Assembly: GCA_026770705.1 (NCBI GenBank)
Contig: JANJGN010000036.1
Span: 1,674,001-1,738,000 of the forward strand
DNA from: Isurus oxyrinchus
Lineage: Eukaryota
Reading direction: 5' to 3'
Length of the DNA: 64,000 bases
A program made the translations under genes and the position numbers. Shown here piece after piece: positions 12,016-22,200 of this stretch. The notes under the pieces are model-generated. The model did no database searches, had not been told where the DNA came from, and worked only from the letters and a program-made list of their open reading frames with translations. Numbering within the stretch: position 1 is the stretch's first letter; every line of letters begins with the position of its first letter.

Positions 12016-15000
12016 GTGAGTTAGAGGCGGGTGAGAATTTTAAATTGGAATCAGCCAGAATTAATATTTACTAAATTGAAATGTGACCCAGTGAACAGGT
12101 TCTGACCAGATCATGGTGTTTATTTTCTGGTTGCTACTGCAAATTAGAGAATAAATCTAACCTAGAATAATTAAAGACAACAATGTCGTTAAATGACAGA
12201 CGAAGTGTCTCAAAGCGACTGCTTCCAGTCTCTAAGTAACCAGTGGTAATGTAACAATAATCGATACAATTACAGAATGTGAGCCGAGTCTGCCTCAGAG
12301 CCCCGTCATAATGACAGCTGAAGTCGGAGAGACGGTGGAATTAGCCTGTCAGCACATTGACGAAGTGGAATTGGTGTCTAGCTATTTCTGGTACAAACAG
12401 CGTGTGGGTGAAGCTCCCAAATTAATCGATATCCAGCCCTGTCAGGGGGCCTATTGTAAGTTTATTTCTAAAAAAAGCGACAGCAAAAATGTGTTGATGT
12501 TGGAAATTCGCAATGTCCAGGAGAATGACTCGGGATCTTATTACTGTGCTGATAAGGTTGTCTATGCATCGCTGCAGAATGGACCCACGCTACTGACTGG
12601 AGGTAAGCGAACAAGTGAAATGAATTCAGATCATGCACAGCATTGTCATTTCGTGAAATTTAATCGTTTACTATGTCCCAATCTCTGTCCAGACATTTCC
12701 ACCGACAACACGGCTCTGCTGGTGTTTGTCCCGCCGGGTGAGCTGCATTTGAGTGAAACCGTCCCGTTAGTGTGTTTGGTCAGTGGAGTTTCTTCCAATC
12801 AGATAGCTATTTTCTGGAATATTTCCGGCCTGGTCAGTGAGGGACAGAGCGATCCCGGAACAAGAGAGGCGGACGGGACCTACAGCATCAGAAGTCACTT
12901 CATGGTGTCGAGGGCAACCTGGAAGAGCGGCGGTTTCTGTACTTGTGTTGTTCAACTGGGTTCTCCTGGTAAATATTGGATAAAGACCGTGTCCTTCTCC
13001 AAACCAGGGGCAGGTGAGTTGTTGATCTGTTCAATGGAGGCTTCACTTCAGATTTTGCGCAGTTCTCAAGATTCTAAGAAACTGCACTCTGTGTATTAAA
13101 CATCTCTACGTGATAAATAGATGAGTGTATAGGAGTGTGTTTCCGTGCGTGTGTTTGAGTGTGTGTGTGAGCGTGTGTGGGTGTCTGTCTGTCTGTAATA
13201 GATATGTATCTGCATTCGGTAAATATGTATAGATGTGTGCGCGTGCGTGTGTCTGTGCATGTGTCTATATATATGAAAACATGTATTATTTTTGTTGAAA
13301 TAAGTTTAAGTTAGCACATTATCTCAGCTTGCCTTATATTTAGTGCGAATTCTTAGAATCACAGATTGACACCGCATGGAATTGAGCCATTCGGCTATTC
13401 TTTTAGTCCCAACCTTTCCCAATAAACCTTTAACAATCTTCCTTCATAATCCCTTAATTATCCAATTTCCCTGTTGAAAGTTATTATCGAATCTCCTTCA
13501 CCCGTCCTTTCTGGCACTGGTTATTGGAATGGAATTGAGATTAGGACGACACAGAATGAGTTTGTGGGAAGAAAACAGTGATTAGGTGAGGTTCTTTGGA
13601 AAATGGATGTGTCCGCAGGGATGTGATTTTGGGTCAATTCCACCACCAACGCCCCCGTCAACCTGAGCGGCTCGTTCTCCATTTCTTGGGACCTCCCTTA
13701 TCAATCTCCAGTTGGTTGGTAAAATTCAGTTTATTTTAATTACACTTTCTAATATCAAAAGTCGGATTAACATTAACATCGGGTTATGAAACTTCATGAA
13801 GTTAAATTATTCGAAACTCTCATCAAGCAGGTAACGCATGAAGGAGGTAGGGCATGTTGAATTGACCACTAAACAACATATGGAAAACTTGGCTTCATTA
13901 ATAGAGGAATCATATGCTAGAAGATTTTATATTTTATTAATGCCTTGTCAGACCGCAGCTGTAGTATTGTGTCCAATTCTGGACACAGTACTATAGGAAG
14001 GCTATCAGGGCCTTGGAGAAGCTGGGGCTGAGATTTGCCAGGATGGGACCAGGGACCAGGAACTTCAGTTAATGTGGAGAGAATGGAGAATCTGGCATTG
14101 TTTCCCTTTCAGCACAGAAGGGTACATGAGGATTATCAACTGAAAGCCAATTGAGTGCAAAACATCAATAGCATGAATGGCTTGTAAAGAGGAATTAAGG
14201 AGGAATCTGTTTCCACTGGCAGGAAGCAAAGCTGGGGTGGTGGTGATTTTGTATTCCTTATACACAAAGAGCCGGCACACACACGAGCCGAACTGCCCCA
14301 GTGCTTGGGCCGCAGCTATTCAGAATCTTTGGATGTGGGGACGAATTGTAATATTTCCAAATTTGTTGAGGACACAACTCCAAGTGGGAATGTAATTTGT
14401 TAAGAGGATCCGACGAGGCTACAAAGGGGTTAAGGCACGCGAAGTGAAATCGCAAGGAAATAGCAGATGGTATATAATGTCAACAAGTGTGAAGTTATCC
14501 ATTGTGGGAGAAAAAAACAAAAAGGCAAGTATTTCTTAAATGGTGGGAAGTTTGGAAATATTCATAACAAAAGCCGCCAGAGTGTCCTTGTTCACGTGTC
14601 ACTGAAAGATACCAAGCAGCTTCAGCAAGCAGCAGTAAGCAACAAGGAAGGTAAGTAATATTTTGTTCTTCATCGCAAGTATATTTGAGTAGAAGAGTAA
14701 AGATGTCTTGGTGCAAATGCATAGAGCCTTGGTGAGATCGCACCTCGAGTATTTTGTACGGTTTTGATCTCCTTATCTAAGGAATCAGGCATTTACCATG
14801 AAGGGAGTGCAGCAGAGGCTCCCCAGGCTAATACCTGGGATGGCGGGATTGTCTGATGAGGGGAGATTGTGGAAACTGGGTCCGCCTTCTCCAGAGTTTG
14901 AAATATTGAGAGGTGATATAAATGAAAGTTGCAATTTGTTTACAGGGTGCAATAGGGACTCTGAAGATAGGATATGTTTTCTCTTGCCTGGTGAGTCTAG

Positions 15001-15857
15001 ATATAGGGAACATGCTGTCAGAATAAGGAGCGAGCCATGCAAAACTGAGATCAGGAGGTATTTCTTCAGTCAGAGGGCGGTGATGTTTTGGAATTCTATG
15101 TCACAGAGTGCTTTGAAAGCTCAGCCACTAAGCGTCATCAAGAAAGTTGTCGATAGATCTCTGGAAGCTCATGACATCAAGAGATGTGTCGATAATGGGA
15201 AAACGGTGTAAGAAATAGATGATCAACCATAATCTCTTTGAATGAAGCACCAGACTCGACGGGCCAAATGGCCTGCTCACGCTCCTATTTCCGCTGTCCC
15301 TACGACCGTAGGCCTCCTCTTGTGCTGTGTCATACTGCGATTCTATAATTAAGTTTCCAGATACACATTGTTATGATGCTTTCATACTGATAACGCTGTA
15401 ATTATGGAGCTATCCTTACAGCGCTGTCATTCCATTCATGTCAATGAGCAAACATTGTGTGATTTATCCCATTCTGTGCATCCACTCATCGCTATCACTC
15501 CTCCTGGCTGTGTCTTTTTTGATTTCTTACCCGAAATTAATGATCCGGCTTTTTAAATGGTCACATTTCCCATGAGGATATACCACAAAATAATGATTTA
15601 ACTGAGCAGCAGTTTCTAAGTCTTGTGTCTCTGCAGGAAGTTGGATTCCGGTACTAAACTTTATCAGAATGGTTGTGGCGCTTCAAGTGCTGCTTTTGAC
15701 CCTCATGCTAATTTCCATGCACAAAAGCGGCAGATCAGGTGAGGATTTCGGGGCCATTTTCAAGATTGTTTCTCAATGTGCTTTGTTTCTCATGGTTTTC
15801 AATCTATAATCACAGTTTCTGGTTACAGAAAGAACGAGACAAGAGATCCTTCAATGA
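11961..15857 (+). CDS. Gene A1: non-rearranging VJ-C1-TM Ig-superfamily receptor, type A (about 277 aa); exons 11961-12015, 12276-12602, 12693-13013, 15637-15738, 15829-15857
   Basis: All introns GT-AG, phase 1, open frame: leader MPKTSLSLMLIFQVLRVS; V ...VELAC...WYKQRVGEAPKLI...DSGSYYC...LQNGPTLLTG; C1 VPLVCLVSG..IFW..DGTYSIRSH..TW..FCTCVV; TM WIPVLNFIRMVVALQVLLLTLMLISM; tail HKSGRSERTRQEILQ*. The last coding exon is ambiguous (alternative acceptor at 15816). Confidence 0.85.
12276..12602 (+). CDS. A1 germline-joined VJ exon
   Basis: TACAG acceptor, GTAAG donor; canonical Cys-Trp-Cys and DSGSYYC; G strand in the same exon. Confidence 0.95.
12693..13013 (+). CDS. A1 C1-set domain exon
   Basis: CCAG acceptor, GTGAG donor; VFVPP, LVCLVSG, W, DGTYS, W, CTC motifs. 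Confidence 0.95.
13750..15300 (+). mobile_element. CR1 LINE fragments in A1 intron 3
   Basis: YNVNKCEVIHCG, VQQRLPRLIPGMAGLS, LRGDINE, IRRYFFSQRAVMFWNSM. Confidence 0.9.
15637..15738 (+). CDS. A1 transmembrane exon with intramembrane Arg
   Basis: CTGCAG acceptor, GTGAG donor, 102 nt; GSWIPVLNFIRMVVALQVLLLTLMLISMHKSGRS. Confidence 0.9.
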
Positions 15858-16027
15858 AAGGTAAGTAGCTGCACCATTTGGAAAGTTTATACCGACTACT
15901 CTATTTAACACTGCGTCAAACCCAATTCAACCCCAGCACTCGTTCCAATGATATATGCTGACATGTTTCAGAACCTGTCCTGCCTTTTAGCTATTTTCTG
16001 AATGACAATGTTCAATATACTTCCCAG

Positions 16028-16135
16028 TCTCAGGTTGGAAATCTCCACGCCTCCCTGGACTTGGCTGCATTGGAAAAAGTAGTCATAAAGGAAGGCTGGT
16101 GGCAGATGAATATCTGGGTGATTTCTGACTCATGA
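16028..16135 (+). pseudogene. A1 terminal exon: vestigial ITIM exon (Tyr to His)
   Basis: CCCAG acceptor; phase-0 frame SQVGNLHASLDLAALEK; paralogous exons read SPYTFL (28488) and LYASL (42440). Confidence 0.65.
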
Positions 16136-19019
16136 ATTACGAAGGAGACAGGATTTGCTGAATGAACCCACAGTCTGGGGAAATGAAAATGGAGACAAGG
16201 ATGCTTCCATCAAACAACCAAAGTATCTCCGTGCACTCCCCAGAGTTACAATGATGGGTTCCTTTTGTTAAAAGTTAAACAAGGAGTTTTGGTTACCATT
16301 GAGAGCAATCTTCCCTATTCATGTAATTCAAGTGTGAAGGAAACATTGACCAAATACGGGGGAATTTCCTGGTTTGTATGCAAGTATTCTGCTGATCATG
16401 CACCTCCAGTTACTGACAGGATTGTTGTTTCTTTGCAAATGTCCCCAAGCAAATACATTAAATTTTGCTTCGATGATAATGATGAAGTGTTTGTGTTGAT
16501 CAATACAAGGAACGTTAGCAGTAAAATATTTTGAGGATCCAGCCCACAGAAACTGCCCAATATTTCGCTTTGGGATTTAAATGAATTCTTAGCTGCATTG
16601 CGCCTGTTAGTGTGAATTTACATTATGATACCGGGTTACATGAAGCGGATCTAATTGCACCAAAACGAATCTAGAGTAAAATATTTCACAGGCAACCTAT
16701 TCATTCCATAGAGTGTAGAAGATTAAGGCCAGCTCGAATCGAGGTGTTTTAGCTGATTCAGTAATTCAATAATGTCGATAGAATGAAAGTATTTCCTCTG
16801 GCCGCGGTTTGGCGGGGTGGGTGGCGGGGAGGGGCTGCAGTAGGGGAGGGGGAGTGGGTTGTTGTGATTGGGAGTCCAGATCAACGGGGCAGAACATTAA
16901 AACCAGAGCCAGTCCGTCCAGTGGCGATGCCAGGAAGCAATTCTTTACAAAAAGAGAAGCGGAAATCTGCATTTGTCTCTCTTCAAGAAGCAATTTAGGG
17001 TGTGGCACAAAGTACTATTTTTATGGTATGGGGCAAAAGAGATATGGAATGAAAACAGACGGGTAAATTTAAGAAACTGATCACGCATGATCTAATTCAA
17101 TTAGATCAATTGGAACAGGCTCGTTAAGCTGATTGGCCGCATGGAAGAGTGACCACACAGAGAGGTATCAGTATCGAGAATGGGTTCCTGGGTAGAGAGA
17201 ATTGGGGTGCGCTTCGTGTGTGTGTTTTTTAAGGGGGACGTTGGTGGAGGTGAGTTGGTGATATTGGGAGGGGATGGGCGGGTTTTGGCTGTGGCTGTGA
17301 AGCTCTCTGAAATGAATTAACAAACCGTCATTGTCCAAATCGTTGAGAAAGACAGACACTTTGCAGATGGATGAAGTGTAGCAGAGTGGCGTTTCCCAAC
17401 TGCATCTTGTAACAACTCTCCTCAATTTCTTTGGATCGCACCTGTGGAGAATGTACTTTCACAGCAGAGTCAGCTGATGTTAATTCGGGAATGTTTATAT
17501 CCGTTAGGAACAGGAAAAACAAGGAATACTCTAAGAGTCCAGTGTTCAACAACCAACTCAACTCTCCAACAATTATTACACCAAACGTTTCCAGTTCAGC
17601 TTCTTAGTATTTCGTAAAGGAAATGTGTCATAGAAATATCTCACATCATCTCATAGAAATGGCATCTCAGTTATACTCCCAAAATTATCTGATAGTCTAA
17701 TGTAAGGAATGAGTTATTTGAACGTATCTAAAATATGAATGCTGCCAGGAAAGCACTCTCAGTCACAGCCAGTGGGTTGTGCTATAATCAGTATAGATTC
17801 TAACATTTATTGAGAAGTGTGCCACAAGATGTCTGTTTCAGAGGGTCAACAGACGTTAGCTGGGATGTGGGACTAAAGTGCACATTCAATGTGTCGGTAC
17901 AGGCGTGAAGGACCGAATGGCCTCCTTCTGTGCTGAAAGTGGTCACTATTCTATGATTCTAGTCGGCAGAATCCACTGAAATGTATAATTGACAGGGAAG
18001 ATGGATTGAACAATAATCTTATTTCAAGAGTAAACTCAATTTTTTTCACTCCCAGGTCACAAACAGTGAAGGCTCGGGAGCAAAGATCAGTGCAGTTTTC
18101 ACAATGATGTGGCCTAAATCCCCAGCCAGTGTCTGAACTGCCCTGTTAGCACTTCTCACCCACACAGATTCGCTCTGTAAATGTCTTTGTAAATTAGCAT
18201 AAAAGACATCCTGAGTATAGTCGTCCTGAAACATCAAAGGCTGTTATCACGAATCTATCATTGGTTCTCAAATCTGTTTTACTATAATGGCAACTCAGAA
18301 CCAGACGCATTGTAAATATTGTTTGAATTATATCTTACTGATTTACTGCATAAATGTGAAAAATGCATTTATAAACACAAAGACGCCGAACGTGGAGAGT
18401 GAAATCAAATTGCCTCGCTTAGCCTAGCAGTCGTACCTGCTGTTTGAAAGAGCTAACCATTATTCCGCACTGCCCCTGCTATTTCCTTCATAATCTGGCA
18501 TATTTTAATCCTTCAAGCATTTATCCAATTCCCTTTTGAAAGTTCCTATTGTATCTGCATCCATTGTCCGTTCAGGCAGCGCCTTCCAGATCACAACAAG
18601 TCGCGTTGTAATAAATAATCTCTTCTCTCCCCCTCTGGTTTTTTCGCCAATTAACTTCAAACTGCGTCCCGCTGATTAGCGACCCTCTTGCCAGTGGATA
18701 GTGTTTTAACTCATTTACTGTATCCAAGACTTTCCCCGCTCTATCTGAAGATGTCAAGAAACGTCACCCTGGAAGGGACCTGACTGAACCAACCTGGCGC
18801 ATTGGCGCCGGCATCAAATCAATGGGGTAAATGGCTGAATTTCTTGGTTAAATTGACACTGGGAATCAGATCCCTTCCTCACTCCCATCCGAGCGGCGCA
18901 AATGATAAAGCGACGAGCGTTCTGTAAATCCATCGTATAATTTTGGACCGCAAACCCCGCCTCAAACACAAGTTAAAAAGTGAATTGTGACCTCTTGCTC
19001 TTTGCAGGCAGGAGCTGAG

Positions 19020-19110
19020 TGAGTAAAGAGGAAGCTCTGAGCAACCGCTTTACTCCTGCTGCATTTTCCATCCGCCTGTGTTTAAAAGGCAGAGCCTAAC
19101 TTCCGCGGCT
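19020..19110 (+). promoter_or_regulatory. Putative B1 promoter
   Basis: ETS/PU.1-like AAAGAGGAAG (19025), TTTAAAA (19081) and ACTTCCG (19099), 110-190 nt upstream of the ATG; motif match only. Confidence 0.35.
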
Positions 19111-19217
19111 CCGCATTTCACTGTTTCACCCGGTTGCCCGCCTGGTTTGAGGCTCCCGACCTCCCAGAGGAATAAGGGACGAACTCACAAATTCAGCCAC
19201 AGCCTCGGCCGCCGACA

Positions 19218-22200
19218 ATGGGCGTCTTCACTCTCTGCGTCCTGCTCCACCTTTTCCCAGGTTAGATTTCCTTAATCCTGATGCACGGAGTTATCCCAGG
19301 GCAAGCTCACTCAGGAAACTCAGGCAAGTGAGGAGGCGACGCTGCCGCTTTCTGGAACATTCCTCCTCTGTTGAGGAACTTAATGATCAAAAGGTCACAA
19401 TTTGAGACAAACCGAAATGTCCCACATCTGATAGCTGCAATTGTGAAGAGGACAGGACAGCCCTGACTGCGCCCCGGGCCGAGACGCATCTCTCCACCCA
19501 ACACACTGTCTGATTATTACTATTTGTGGGATCTTGCTGTGCGATAAATTTTGGCCGCATTTCTGGGAATGCAAGAGTGACTGCCCTTGAAAAAAATAAT
19601 TCATGTGAAGGGTTTTTCTCTCCTTTCTATGCCTTTCCTTCTTTTCTCTCTCTTTCTGTCTTCATTTCTTCTTTCCTTCCTCTCTTCCTCAAGATCAGAT
19701 CTCAAATTTAACCCTCAGCGCTTCATCCCGGCTACAGGTCAGGAACTGGCGATCCTTCCTGACAGAATGTCCCTGTCACTAGGTGACAGGCGGAATGTCT
19801 CTTAGGTATAAAACAGGTTTTATGTTTCCCTGACATAACAGGTTTTCTTGTGCTGTGTTCTGTTCCCTCAGTTACCGTCTCTCAGGCCGCGTTCCCGCAA
19901 ACTCCGGCCGCTCAGACCGTCTCGGTGGGCAGTAGCTTCAAGGTGAATTGCCACACAGGCTGGTTATCAAGTGAAGCTGTTTACTGGTATAAACAGCGGC
20001 ACCGGGAGCACCTGCAGTTCGTTCACAGGGTGAGAAAGCACATCCCTGCAGAGGGAAGGTTTTCAGGAGAAATCAACGACAAATCGACCATTTACACCCT
20101 GGTGATCGAGGAGGTCCAGAAAAATGACTCGGGTGTTTATTACTGCGCAGCCCGGAAACCCCATGGAATGTCCCTGGTCTTCGGGACCGGCTCCAAATTG
20201 TTCACCACAGGTAAAAACAAAAAGAGAACTGAGATTGTTTACTTGCTTTATCATTGTTTTTTCCTTCGCTCGCGGGATGTGGGTGTCTCTGGTTCGGCAA
20301 AGCATTTATTACCCATTCCTAATTACCCTTGTTTAGGGGGCATTTAAGACAAAGTGTGGATCTGGAATCAGATGTAGGGTCAGACCGGGTAAGAGCGGCA
20401 GATTTCCTTCTCCCAAGGGCATTAGTGAACCAGATGGGGGTTATTTTCTTGTTGATAACAATTGATTCCTGGTCATCATTAGACTTTCAATTTCAGATTT
20501 TTATTGAGTTCCAATTCTCCCTCTGCCGGAGGTGCGATTCGAAGCCGCATCCGCAGAGCATTACTTACTCTCTAGATTACCCCATACCAGTGACAATACC
20601 ATTCCGCACCATCTCCCCCAAACTATCAATAACCAGTAATTCACTGTGAATAATAATTACATCTTACTTCCCAAACTCGCCAGGTCCGCCGACAATATTC
20701 CTCTTAGCTCCGCCGGTAGATGAAGCTGTTGGAATGGAGACTGTCCCATTGATGTGTTCAGTGAACAACGCGGCCTCTGTTACCCTTCCCGTCCGCTGGA
20801 ATTTTTCCTCGTGGGAGACAGAGGGATGGACGGATTCTGGAACAATCGACTCTGATGGGGCTTACAATATAAGAAGCCTCATCAGGGTCCCGCCAGGGAC
20901 CTGCAGCGGGGGCGGGTTCTGCACTTGCTCTGTTCAAATCACCTCCACTCAAAGTCTCATCAGTGAAAGGTTCTCATATCAGAGAGGTAACTATTGACAA
21001 TGTCCCTTTACTGGTATATTTAATTGCTGATGTGAAACTGAATTGTTCGCAATACCGCATGTTTTATCCCAATAGTCGCTCCCTTTCCCTGTTTTTGGAC
21101 ACAGGCACAGATTCGTAGAAAGTTTACGGCATAGGAAGAAGCCATGGTGCCCGCCCCATAGAAAAAACGAGCCACACAGCCCAATCCTACTTTCTAGAAT
21201 TTGGTCCATATTCCTGCATCTTACAGCGCTACAGAAACACATCCAGTTGCCTTTTAAATGTGCTGAGGGTTTCTGCCTCTATTGCCCTTTCAGACAGTGA
21301 GTCTCGGACCCCTACAACCCTCTGGGTGAGTAAACTCTTCCCTCGTCTCCCCTCTAATCTTTCTACCAATCACTTTAAACCTGATCAGTGACCTCTCTGC
21401 TAAAGTAAATAGGCCTTTCCCATTTCCTCTATCCAGACTCCTCACAATTTTGCACACCTCAAACCAATATCCCCTCAGCCTCCTCTGCTCCAAGTTGAAC
21501 AGCCCCAGCCTCTCGAATCTTTCCTCACAGTTGCAATTTTCCAGTCTTGGCAACATCCTTGTGAATCTGTTCTGTATCCTCTGTAATGCAATCACGCCCT
21601 TTCTGTAATGAGGAGACCAGAAATGCACACAGCACTCATGCTGCAGCCTAACTCATATTTTATGCAGTTCCATCATAACCTCCCAGCGCTTGTATTCTAT
21701 ATCTCTGCAAATAATTGAAAGGACCTACGGCTAGTTACGTGGTCAATTAGCTATTCTGTATCCTTCAGTGTTTCAGTGTTTAGCACCCTAAAAGTTGAAG
21801 CCCATCTGTTCAACTATGCCAGAGTTACATGGTGGGAGGTGTGGAATCAGTCTGAAATTTTGCAGTTTAAAATTAGAAAATTGAAATTCAATTTCAAGTT
21901 TGAAACTTGAGCAGTATTTTGCTTCTATCCTCCCAAAAAAAAATTATTACAATCCCATCAGCATGTGCTCTAACCCTCTTTTCCCTTTCTCCACCGTGTG
22001 TACAAGGATTTTCTACACAATGACACTTTCCCTTGCCGCAATTTCCACATTCTAACAAAAAAAACAAAATAACGTGGATACACGAAAGCTGAAGCAAAAA
22101 CAGGAAAAGAAACGGCCTGGAGAAGGGTCACACAGACCCGTTTCTCTCTCCACAGATGCTGTCAGGCCCGCTGAGTTTCTCCAGTATTTTATATTTTTGT

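Noticed and set aside
12276-12602. VNAR-like deletion of C'/C''
   Set aside because: The Trp-to-Cys span is 53-54 residues, comparable to light-chain V domains
12311-13099. 262-aa ORF taken as a single-exon protein
   Set aside because: It spans the V exon, a 90-nt GT-AG intron and the C1 exon; the real start is the leader at 11961
19872-20700. Rearranging TCR/Ig V gene segments in the A/B genes
   Set aside because: The J motif is already fused in the V exon and I found no heptamer-spacer-nonamer; CACTGTG at 20642 has no associated nonamer or J
20684-20986. MHC class I/II or beta-2-microglobulin C1 domains
   Set aside because: No peptide-binding-domain exons; each C1 is preceded by a VJ exon
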